Source: Patescibacteria group bacterium
GTDB lineage: Bacteria; Patescibacteriota; Microgenomatia; UBA8517
Reading direction: 5' to 3'
Assembly: GCA_041499035.1 (NCBI GenBank)
Contig: JBGQJK010000003.1
Location: forward strand, 1,953 to 65,952
Length of the DNA: 64,000 bases
The notes under the pieces were generated by a model. The model was not told the DNA's origin, ran no database searches, and was given only the letters and a program-made list of their open reading frames with translations. Positions 28,100 to 35,980 of this stretch are shown here, in pieces. The stretch's first letter is position 1. The number at the start of each line of letters is the position of its first letter. The position numbers and the translations under genes are program-made.

Positions 28100-28725
28100 A
28101 GCACACAAAAGCCGGGGGGAACAGGGGAGGGGGAGAAAGTACCCTATAATTATAGGATAAATAGTGTGTTCAGCTTATAGTTTTCACGATAATTATAGGT
28201 TGTTTTCACGAAAAGCGACACATCATACCGGTCGAAGAAAAACCGAAGCCTGTTGTCACGGAGAACTGATGTACATTGATACAGTTGTTGGCCTCAAGAC
28301 CTTACTTTCTCAGCTTCGGGGCATGCTATGTGTGGATAAGTAATTGAGAGACAGGAGCAGCCCCTTGCCACTTTAGGAAGAAGTTATACCACACACCATT
28401 TAGGGAGAAGCGCATAGGCAGCTTGTTGGTTACATAAGTGCGTCACTATTCTCCCGGAGGGCTTAGGACATCCTTATTAGTGGCACGCCCCACAGGGAAG
28501 CTGATTATACTATGTCGTACAATAATACTTTTGCGACGTATACTAAAACAGGCTGAGAGTAGAGCGTATTTATGTACGTTTCCGCGCATTCATATATCCG
28601 TATGCACTTTTATTGTTATCCGTTCGTAATACTATCCTCCCACCGCGTTTCCTTAGTATTGTTCTTTCCGAATATAAGCCGAAGAATATTTTTGGTTCTT
28701 GCTCCCCCTCCCCCGGTTTTTAGCT
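28100..28725 (+). ncRNA. Candidate large structured RNA in the ORF-free 28060-29213 region, closed by a long-range G-run/C-run helix followed by a U-tract. Hypothesis only; the strand is inferred from the U-tract.
   Basis: No ORF of 60 aa or more apart from two low-complexity ones. gccggggggaacaggggagggggag (28111-28136) is complementary to ctccccctcccccgg (28702-28716), which is followed by ttttt. The nested internal helices are listed in findings. Confidence 0.25.
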
Positions 28726-29149
28726 GTTTATCCTTTTTTATGTAAAATGCGGTTATTCCCATGTTTTCGGCCAAACTAAGACGATCAGTTAGTCGCCTTT
28801 TGAATTACATAGGCCTTAAAATCGATTTGGTGAGGTCGTATTTAGCCTCGATTATGATTTAGAGATTTAGATCACTAAAATAGTAGTTATTGTACTTACG
28901 AGGTGTAAAATCTTGACACGGTAGAAGAAAAATTTCACTATTTAGACTTTTTTAGAGCGATTGACCATTCGAATAATAATAACGAGTTGAGTAAATTTGC
29001 GAAAGACCATGATATGCGAATATCAATGAAGCCGGTTTCGCATGGACGAAGAAGAGGTATAAGACTGGGAGGCAAAAGAGTTTTACCTGAAGAGTGCTGG
29101 ATAAATAATGATAACGAGCTGGCAAGGTGGTATAAGGAGAGACTAAAAA

Positions 29150-29175
29150 AATGACATTTGTCGCACAATGTCATT
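29150..29175. promoter_or_regulatory. dif-like recombination-site candidate: perfect 9-bp inverted arms AATGACATT / AATGTCATT around the 8-bp centre tgtcgcac, directly upstream of the xerD-like gene
   Basis: aatgacatt-tgtcgcac-aatgtcatt, which is also 10-6-10 with one arm mismatch. It overlaps the −35 of the xerD-like promoter. Confidence 0.35.
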
Positions 29176-29201
29176 GACAACTCTCCACATTTTGGTATAA
29201 G
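29174..29201 (+). promoter_or_regulatory. Promoter of the xerD-like gene: TTGACA, 16-nt spacer, TGgTATAAG
   Basis: ttgacaactctccacattttggtataag, then 12 nt to the ATG at 29214. Confidence 0.5.
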
Positions 29202-29213
29202 ATCTTCTTAGTA

Positions 29214-30167
29214 ATGGCTGAGTCTGCTCATAACCAGTCTGAAATAGGAAGAAAAGTAAAAGACTTTCTGGAATATCTTCAAGTTGAGCGAGGCTCCTCT
29301 CCCCTAACGATCAGGAACTACAAACATTATCTAACGCGGTTTATGTTATGGATGGAAAGTCAAGGCATCCGCGAAGATTTACGCGACATTAATCAGGATA
29401 TGGTCCGTAGTTTCCGTGTTTATTTATCCAACTTGCCCGGGGAAAATAAGGCAACGCTGGCACGCCGGACCCAGGGTTATCACGTTATTGCCCTTCGGTC
29501 ATTTCTAAAATGGTTGATACGGAATGATTTTAGTGTTATGGCACCTGACAAAATCGATTTGCCGAAAGTGGAAGAAAGACAAGTCAAGTTTCTTTCCGGA
29601 GAAGAAGTGGACAGAATGCTTAATGCACCGTCCCTTGACTCAATTCAGGGAAAACGCGATAAAGCAATCTTGGAGGTGCTTTTTTCAACGGGACTCCGTG
29701 TTTCGGAACTTACCCGGCTCGACAGGGATAAAGTTAATTTGGATACCAAAGAGTTTGGCATTATCGGCAAGGGGGGCAAGGCCCGTGTGGTTTTCCTTTC
29801 GGGAAGGGCAACCGACTGGCTTATAAAATATTTAAATGAAAGGGTTGATCACTTTAAACCTTTATTCATTCATCATAAGGGCAAGTCCGACCCCACTACC
29901 CCGGATGAGCATATGCGCCTTACTCCCCGCTCGGTTCAAAGGATGATAAAAAAATATTCGCATAAAATGAAGATGCCGATGGAAGTTACCCCGCACGTTA
30001 TGCGCCATAGTTTTGCTACGGACCTTCTAAATGCCGGAGCGGATATCAGAAGCGTGCAGGAAATGCTGGGACACAAAAACATCTCAACTACCCAAATTTA
30101 TACCCATGTAACCAATAAGCAGCTTCGTGATGTTCATGCAGCTTTCCATGGGAAAGGGGGAAGTTAG
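29214..30167 (+). CDS. xerD: Tyrosine site-specific recombinase, XerD/XerC-like
   Basis: ERGSSPLTIRNYKHYLTRF, LFSTGLRVSELTRLD, GKGGKARVV, and HVMRHSFATDLLNAGADIRSVQEMLGHKNISTTQIYTHV (the catalytic R, H-x-x-R and Y). Confidence 0.85.
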   Translation: MAESAHNQSEIGRKVKDFLEYLQVERGSSPLTIRNYKHYLTRFMLWMESQGIREDLRDINQDMVRSFRVYLSNLPGENKATLARRTQGYHVIALRSFLKWLIRNDFSVMAPDKIDLPKVEERQVKFLSGEEVDRMLNAPSLDSIQGKRDKAILEVLFSTGLRVSELTRLDRDKVNLDTKEFGIIGKGGKARVVFLSGRATDWLIKYLNERVDHFKPLFIHHKGKSDPTTPDEHMRLTPRSVQRMIKKYSHKMKMPMEVTPHVMRHSFATDLLNAGADIRSVQEMLGHKNISTTQIYTHVTNKQLRDVHAAFHGKGGS

Positions 30168-30619
30168 TCAAAAGGGTTAGCCTCTTCATCAAGCGGTGTT
30201 TCCTGCTCGGTATTAACCGCATTTTGCCTGGCCCGGAAGGTTATTTCTTCGGCGCTCCGAACTCTCCAACCCGCAGTACTTTTTTTCTTATGCGGATTAT
30301 CATAGATACTTTTGTTTTCGGTTTTGGTTTTGGGCCGCGGTTCTTTAGGATACAAGGCGTTTGGTGCACGGGAGTTATGATAATTACTGATGCGGGGCTG
30401 AAGAACTTTGTTTCCCTCTGCTAGCTCATTTAAAACTTCCGCGGCTTCGTGATAAGTCATATGGCCTTTAACAGCCAATATGGAAGTTCTATTGAATGTA
30501 TTGACGCCTTCCCCTTTAAGCTTTTGAATTTCATCGGGCTTAACCCCGATCTTGTAGGCTAGAACTTCCGCCGGAAGCTCTTCAATATTAAATACTTCTT
30601 CGTCTTTTCTGCGACTCAT
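30164..30619 (-). CDS. Hypothetical protein
   Basis: A 151-aa ORF overlapping the xerD stop convergently by 4 nt. Confidence 0.45.
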   Translation of the reverse strand: MSRRKDEEVFNIEELPAEVLAYKIGVKPDEIQKLKGEGVNTFNRTSILAVKGHMTYHEAAEVLNELAEGNKVLQPRISNYHNSRAPNALYPKEPRPKTKTENKSIYDNPHKKKSTAGWRVRSAEEITFRARQNAVNTEQETPLDEEANPFD

Positions 30620-31026
30620 TATTCTGAAGTTTTACCGTCGAATTCTTCATGACCCTCGTCAGCCGCGGCATCTACTTTAGTGGGATGGACTACATCCAGT
30701 CTGTGGTGGGCCGGAGAATAAACGGTATAAAGTTTCAGCTCAAAAGTTTTTGAAGTATTTATAATGTTATGTGATGACCCTGCGGGAACTACTATGCAAA
30801 ATCCAGCGCTAAATGTATAAACGTTGCCGTCGATTATGGCTTTACCCTCCCCGCTTTCGATCCGCAAAAACTGGTCGTTGTCGGGGTGTACCTCCATCCC
30901 GATTTCCTCCCCCGCCCTGAGACTCATCAAAACCAACTGGGAGTGATGTGCAGTATAAATAACTTTCCTGAAGTTACTGTTGCCGGTTGTCGCTTCTTCG
31001 AGATTAATTACAAAACCTTTGGCCAT
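30619..31026 (-). CDS. Cupin-domain protein
   Basis: Cupin motifs MEVHPDNDQFLRIESGEG and VVPAGSSHNIINT. Confidence 0.7.
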   Translation of the reverse strand: MAKGFVINLEEATTGNSNFRKVIYTAHHSQLVLMSLRAGEEIGMEVHPDNDQFLRIESGEGKAIIDGNVYTFSAGFCIVVPAGSSHNIINTSKTFELKLYTVYSPAHHRLDVVHPTKVDAAADEGHEEFDGKTSE

Positions 31027-31035
31027 GAAATATTC

Positions 31036-31694
31036 TTAATTGCATTTCAGTGCGGCACGGCACTGGGTCTTACTATCACCCGTAAGACTGTCGCAATAAG
31101 AACATTGTGAAGAGGAGGAGCTTCCACCGGAAGTCCCTTGCTGTGTGGGAACATTAAATGATTGGAATGTAACGCCTGTGGGAAGATTAAACATGGTGGC
31201 ATCGACTACCCAGGGCCCGCAGTTGTAATTCATGTTTGCACTTGGGTCAACCGCTCCACTTGGCGCCTTTGCCGCAGTAGAACCCGTGGCGGGTGTTGCA
31301 TTCGGATCAAAACTCATTTTAAAGCCCGTCTTTTGGCCGTCCGTCCACATATAACTTGTGCTGTCCATGACAATCATATGGGATTTTGTAGCAACGCTAT
31401 TTACAGTTACGTCGAAGTCCCCCCTTACTTTGCCTCCGCTTGTATAAACCGCCCCGGTACTACCCGCGTTACTGTAAGTACAGCTCTGGGCAACACCTTT
31501 ACCAAGAATATCTTTTAAAGTCCCGACTGCTGAAGTGGTTTGCTGTTGATTTCCGTTTCCACCCGAGGTTTCGGTTGCCGGTGTCGTCGCCCTTTTCTTT
31601 CCGGACATGAAGTACCAGCCACCCAAAAGTAAAAGAAGTAGTACTGCAACTATCACCAATACTTTCTTGTTCATTAGTGCTATTATACTATTCA
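31036..31694 (-). CDS. Secreted hypothetical protein (signal/TM, then Thr/Ser/Gly-rich, Cys-containing C-terminus)
   Basis: MNSIIALMNKKVLVIVAVLLLLLLGGWYF; the start was trimmed from the track start at 31875. Confidence 0.5.
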
Positions 31695-31701
31695 TATATA
31701 C

Positions 31702-32095
31702 CATGTCAACCAAAAAGTTGAAGCAGGAATATGAGATTGCAGCTCCCCTCTCCAGTGTTTGGAAAGCTTTAACCGACACCAAAGTTATAAATAAATGGGG
31801 TGGCGGACCCGCTAAAATGAAGCCGGAAGTTGGTTTTAAATTCAGCTTTTGGGGCGGAGATATTACCGGAAGCAATACGAAAGTGATTTCGATGAAACAA
31901 CTTAATCAGGATTGGATGGCGGGAAAATGGGACGAGTTTTCCAAAGTCGTTTTTAAACTTTCTAACAAAGCCGGTGTAACAACTGTAGTTCTAACTCAGA
32001 CAGGCATCCCTTTCAAAGAGTTTAAAGATATAGCCGACGGTTGGGACCGATATTACTTTGGTGAGATAAAGAAACTGCTGGAAAGCAAACTATAG
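31702..32095 (+). CDS. SRPBCC/AHSA1-like (activator of Hsp90 ATPase homologue / polyketide-cyclase fold) protein
   Basis: MSTKKLKQEYEIAAPLSSVWKALTD...INKWGGG. Its start codon overlaps the divergent gene start in a CATG. Confidence 0.6.
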
Positions 32096-32116
32096 AGGCT
32101 GTTGTATAATAACTCC

Positions 32117-32374
32117 ATGACGGAAAACCTAGCCATGAATATCCAAAAAATGTGCGCCGGCTGCCCGTTTCAATCTCCGGAAAACGGTTGTTCTCATGTT
32201 GAGATTGGCGAGGCCGGACAATTAAGGCGGGCGGAAAAAGGAATGTGTGAGGACGCAGCAGTTTATGACGCCTCACGTATTGTGCGATCGGCTTACAGGA
32301 TTTTGATCCGCAACCAATGGACATCGGTACGGATCAGTGATATTTTCTACGTTGGGCAAAAGTCTAGCTCCTAG
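32117..32374 (+). CDS. Possible small Cys-rich protein
   Basis: MTENLAMNIQKMCAGCPFQSPENGCSHVEIGEA...; gtTGTATAAT lies 6 nt upstream of the ATG. Confidence 0.25.
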   Translation: MTENLAMNIQKMCAGCPFQSPENGCSHVEIGEAGQLRRAEKGMCEDAAVYDASRIVRSAYRILIRNQWTSVRISDIFYVGQKSSS

Positions 32375-32376
32375 TG

Positions 32377-32691
32377 TCACGTTTTGATTTTGTTACGTAT
32401 GGAGTTTCCCACAAAGGCAGCGATTAATCCGCAGAGGGCTCCGAAAATCCCAAGGAGAAAAAAGAACCCGAGTTTTGTGTAAACCGGATCGGTTCCCGCA
32501 TAACCGTGAAACATAAACATTAGTGAAGCAACAAACCCGAAAATTGCGCCGCTCCTAAGAGCCGCATTCCTGTTTTTGGAAAAATACCCCAGGACTAATC
32601 CTGTAATCCCCCAGGGAAGGAGTATCCAAACCGGCCCGCCAAGTAGCCCCAAAATTAACCCGACCGCAACCGCTGCTATCAAAAGGTACAT
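32377..32691 (-). CDS. Small membrane protein (3 TM)
   Basis: A hydrophobic 104-aa ORF. Confidence 0.45.
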   Translation of the reverse strand: MYLLIAAVAVGLILGLLGGPVWILLPWGITGLVLGYFSKNRNAALRSGAIFGFVASLMFMFHGYAGTDPVYTKLGFFFLLGIFGALCGLIAAFVGNSIRNKIKT

Positions 32692-32760
32692 ATATAAATT
32701 GTAACACCGGCTACAAGACTTGATATTGAAAAATATATTTTTCGGTGGTAAATTAAATTA

Positions 32761-32961
32761 ATGGACGTAGAAAAACACAAAAATTGGAAAGGAATGCATA
32801 GCGGAGGCGGAAATGCAGTTTACGGCTTGGGTTTTATCGGGGCTTTAATTTATTACATTCAGAATGCAACAAATTTTATGGACGGAGTTATCGGGTTTCT
32901 TAAAGCCCTAGTCTGGCCCGCCTTCCTGATTCACAAAGTCTTCACAATTCTGGGGATGTAA
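32761..32961 (+). CDS. Small membrane protein
   Basis: A 66-aa ORF; TGgTAAATT lies 6 nt upstream of the ATG. Confidence 0.35.
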   Translation: MDVEKHKNWKGMHSGGGNAVYGLGFIGALIYYIQNATNFMDGVIGFLKALVWPAFLIHKVFTILGM

Positions 32962-32969
32962 TGAAGTTA

Positions 32970-33188
32970 TTATTCTGATTCTTTTCCTTTTTTCGGATGG
33001 TTTTGTTCAATGAGATTTCTGGTTCGATATAAAAGCGCTTCCCTTTTCGTAACTTTGTATCCCTTTGCACCAGCGATTATGTCTAAGAAAATATCTCCGG
33101 ACAGAGACTTAAGATCTGCCATTGCTTTGGCAACCAAATAGGCTGTGCCTTCACCGTTTGAATCGCTTCCTCCCTCGCCAACTGCCAT
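32970..33188 (-). CDS. Small hypothetical protein
   Basis: A 72-aa ORF. Confidence 0.3.
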   Translation of the reverse strand: MAVGEGGSDSNGEGTAYLVAKAMADLKSLSGDIFLDIIAGAKGYKVTKREALLYRTRNLIEQNHPKKGKESE

Positions 33189-33221
33189 AACACTTAAATC
33201 CTACTCCAAATTCCTCAAAGG

Positions 33222-33719
33222 TCAAATTTGGGGTTTTGGATTTCTAAACTTCTTTACTAGAAACCATGTAGGTAAACCGATTACAATTCCAAGGAAGGCT
33301 AGTGTGCCAAGTGTCTCCCCTGTTGTTAACCGTGCTGGTGATGGGCTTGGGGAATTTTCCGTTAATGCGCCTTTAACTTCTGGTGAAGGAGTAGGCGAAG
33401 TGACCGGGGTTGACGTTTCTGTAGGCGTAGAAGTTGGAGTGATTGTTGCAATAACACTTATAGTCGCTTTTGGGGTTGAAACAATAAGAGGCCTTGAAGT
33501 AGCTGGGGCTAGGTAAATCGGTTGTGAGCATTGTGGGTAATATGGCGCGCAAGTATCTGAGAGCGGAGTTCCGTCACAACACCCACAGCCGCAAACTCCG
33601 CTATGGTGGGAGCAGCAACCACTTCTTGCAAATAAGTTCGTAGGATAAGTAAGCGAGAAGGCGAAAAGAATAATAAAAGATGTAAACAGGGGCAGGAGCC
33701 GAAACCCCTGGAATTTCAT
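33222..33719 (-). CDS. Secreted Cys-rich, Pro/Thr-linker protein with a C-terminal sorting-signal-like tail (motif, hydrophobic stretch, basic tail)
   Basis: A signal peptide, a CCSHHSGVCGCGCC cluster, a TPTSTPTETSTPVTSPTPSP linker, and a C-terminal LTTGETLGTLAFLGIVIGLPTWFLVKKFRNPKPQI. Confidence 0.5.
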   Translation of the reverse strand: MKFQGFRLLPLFTSFIILFAFSLTYPTNLFARSGCCSHHSGVCGCGCCDGTPLSDTCAPYYPQCSQPIYLAPATSRPLIVSTPKATISVIATITPTSTPTETSTPVTSPTPSPEVKGALTENSPSPSPARLTTGETLGTLAFLGIVIGLPTWFLVKKFRNPKPQI

Positions 33720-33804
33720 GTATTTGCCCGAATAGTAGTCCTAAATCTCATCAAGGTCAAATTCAGCTCTATTTTAGGACTTTTGGCCTAAAAGTGGGCT
33801 AGTT

Positions 33805-34062
33805 TTAGGTTTTGATGCGCTTGACTGTTCCGTGGTTAATAAAGACCGCAGGCATACCTTTGACCACTTTGATTCTGCCGATTCTTAGTTTGCACTCCGG
33901 GCAAAATACATCGGTTCCTGTCGGCAAATCCCCCACTCCCACGTAATCCTTGCCGATCCGCTGTATATAGCACTTCATGAGAAATCCCGGCTTCATTTTT
34001 ATATACCGGCCAAAGAGGATGTGCCCATTTTTGCAGTAAACGTCAATTGTTTTAATACTCAT
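33805..34062 (-). CDS. Small zinc-ribbon-like protein
   Basis: CKNGH...CPECK pairs. Confidence 0.4.
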   Translation of the reverse strand: MSIKTIDVYCKNGHILFGRYIKMKPGFLMKCYIQRIGKDYVGVGDLPTGTDVFCPECKLRIGRIKVVKGMPAVFINHGTVKRIKT

Positions 34063-34122
34063 TTGAAGCTATTTTAGCACTTCACCTGAGGTTTTCCTTA
34101 CTTTAGGAGTTTTTCTTGAAAT

Positions 34123-34665
34123 TTATAGTTCTTTTCGCCAGACTTGTGCGTCACCTGTTGGTCCATACATTTGAATAGCCACTCCACATCTTTCATAACC
34201 GACACTGTCATAAAACCCCCAACCCGAGCTTTCGTAGCGCGGGCCACTATTTAAAATTATTTCGGTATAATCATTTTTTCTGGCCTGTTCCTCCAACCTA
34301 GCGACAAGTACCGAACCAACCCCTTTGCCTTTCCGCATGTCTGGTCTAACAAAGGCATTAACAAGTTCAATAGGATTTTCTGTTTTAGAAAATCTACGCA
34401 TAACTTCATTTGGCTTTCTAGTTCCTACCACTCCTATTATTTCCCCACCTTCCTCAGCCACTAAATATTTTCTGTCGTTAGCGCCCGTTGCACTTTTTCC
34501 CATATAATCTAGCGTCTCGGAGATTTCATCTGTCAGAATCTCTCCGTTGAACCTATCTCTGACCCAAACAGTCATAATTGATTTTAGAAAAGGTAAGTCG
34601 GTGAGTTTTAAAGGACGAATATTACCGTGGAATTGACCCTTTTCTTTAACGTGAGTTTCTGGCAT
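34123..34665 (-). CDS. GNAT-family acetyltransferase
   Basis: RKGKGVGSVLVARLEEQARK acetyl-CoA-binding motif. Confidence 0.75.
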   Translation of the reverse strand: MPETHVKEKGQFHGNIRPLKLTDLPFLKSIMTVWVRDRFNGEILTDEISETLDYMGKSATGANDRKYLVAEEGGEIIGVVGTRKPNEVMRRFSKTENPIELVNAFVRPDMRKGKGVGSVLVARLEEQARKNDYTEIILNSGPRYESSGWGFYDSVGYERCGVAIQMYGPTGDAQVWRKEL

Positions 34666-34730
34666 GTTGCCTATTTTAGCACTTCTTTTGTAGACTTAGC
34701 ACTTTCTTGGAATTTGAGAAGTACTGGTTA

Positions 34731-34973
34731 TTATTGCTTGTTTTCCTTATTTCTGAAGATTTCGTCCTTATACCAATCGTAGGCATATCTTGCTGCGTTG
34801 ACAATTATTACTGCAGGGATACCAACATATAAAGTTGCAAAAGCGAAAAAGGTTACAAGCTCTTTAATTGCCATGGGGTTTCCCTCAATTGCTTGTTTGG
34901 TGGCAATAGCCCCGGCACCCAACTCTGCAAGACCAATAGCTGTAATTTCAGGGATATGCTTTCTGATCTCCAT
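34731..34973 (-). CDS. Small membrane protein
   Basis: An 80-aa ORF with 2 TM. Confidence 0.4.
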   Translation of the reverse strand: MEIRKHIPEITAIGLAELGAGAIATKQAIEGNPMAIKELVTFFAFATLYVGIPAVIIVNAARYAYDWYKDEIFRNKENKQ

Positions 34974-35058
34974 TTTTATTTAGACAAGGTCATATTACTA
35001 TAAATTCTTAAAAGGTCAAATTATTGACAGCCCGGCTTCCACGGTATTTAATGAAGAC

Positions 35059-35319
35059 ATGACATTAACAAATAGTGACTTTAAGGGTATAAAAGAGGTT
35101 GTCAACGAGGCAATTGAAGAAAATGAGACTTTGGTCAGAAAGGATGATATAAAACACCTTCCTACAAAAGAAGAGTTTTATAACAAAATGGATGAAGTGA
35201 TGGGAGAACTTAAAACAGTCCGGGAAGAGCATACATTGCTTTCCGGCAGAGTTTACGATAACCATGAGCCCAGAATTGAGAACATAGAAAAGAAATTAAA
35301 TCTTCAGCTGGCAGTTTAG
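35059..35319 (+). CDS. Small coiled-coil protein; paralogue of 22810..23073
   Basis: See 22810..23073. The upstream region is TTGACA-17-TTTAAT-6-ATG. Confidence 0.5.
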   Translation: MTLTNSDFKGIKEVVNEAIEENETLVRKDDIKHLPTKEEFYNKMDEVMGELKTVREEHTLLSGRVYDNHEPRIENIEKKLNLQLAV

Positions 35320-35347
35320 AGACTCCACTTGATATACAATAGATAAG

Positions 35348-35635
35348 GTGCAGGACAGGCTTAAATTCCGGATAGGCAAAGACACTTTGGCTAAATTTGT
35401 AGTTAGTGCTTTTGAAGAAGATCCTTACTCCAAGCAGGTTGTGACTTTGGAAAATGTAGGTAAGCCTGTTGGACATTTTACAATATCGATAGTTAACGAG
35501 GCTGACAATTCTTTTTTCCAGATTGAACAAATCAATCCCCCGGAACTTGACACGGTGTTTAAGGCGTTTGAAGCGTTTAAAGTAGAAAACTCCACGGAGG
35601 TTATCTATCGTGTCCTGATCCCCAGACAAGATTAA
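35348..35635 (+). CDS. Hypothetical protein
   Basis: A 95-aa ORF. Confidence 0.4.
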   Translation: MQDRLKFRIGKDTLAKFVVSAFEEDPYSKQVVTLENVGKPVGHFTISIVNEADNSFFQIEQINPPELDTVFKAFEAFKVENSTEVIYRVLIPRQD

Positions 35636-35658
35636 TTTGATTATTATCAAATTGCGGA

Positions 35659-35922
35659 TTATTTTCTTTTTTTGAGCCACCAGGTTTTGAGGAGACCCAG
35701 GGAAAATGTGGAAACTATGTAGGCTTCGGTCGGGACAAATGCGGCCAAGAACGGTTTATCTATTTTTAACATATAAAACAAAGTTGCGACCACAATGTAA
35801 GTTGCGACCGCAACGGAAATCCGCCGGACCCAGCTTGTTTCCCAGGCTTTATCCCCTTCCACTTTACGGTTCCTTGCCTTAATTTTCTCAACTTCTTTTT
35901 CCAAACTTTCGATTCCAGTCAT
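35659..35922 (-). CDS. Small membrane protein
   Basis: An 87-aa ORF with 2 TM. Confidence 0.4.
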   Translation of the reverse strand: MTGIESLEKEVEKIKARNRKVEGDKAWETSWVRRISVAVATYIVVATLFYMLKIDKPFLAAFVPTEAYIVSTFSLGLLKTWWLKKRK

Positions 35923-35980
35923 GAAGCAATTTTAGCATATTAACTTGTTTTTGCCCCATAGTTGAATTACAATCCCGCTT

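Noticed and set aside
28331-28339. Perfect DnaA box (TTATCCACA on the minus strand), plus 7/9 matches at 28154-28162 and 29103-29111, inside the ORF-free region. Considered oriC.
   Set aside because: Only one perfect box. There is no dnaA or dnaN nearby and no obvious AT-rich unwinding element. The region is next to an xer/dif-like site, which normally marks the terminus rather than the origin.
28060-29213. Tried to match the ORF-free region to known RNAs: RNase P (GGAAAGUCCGG and ACAGNANNCCGGCUUA P4 strands), tmRNA (5' GGGGCUG and 3' tRNA-like end, tag ORF ending ..ALAA), group II intron domain V (GAGCCGUAUGCG...), and 5S rRNA.
   Set aside because: None of the universally conserved motifs is present. 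The only overlap, ccgtatgc at about 28597, is too short to mean anything.
32970-33188. The 72-aa ORF MAVGEGGSDSNGEGTAYLVAKAMADLKSL... looked like it might be a fragment of a larger enzyme, that is a pseudogene.
   Set aside because: I could not assign it to a family from memory. It is left as a low-confidence small ORF.
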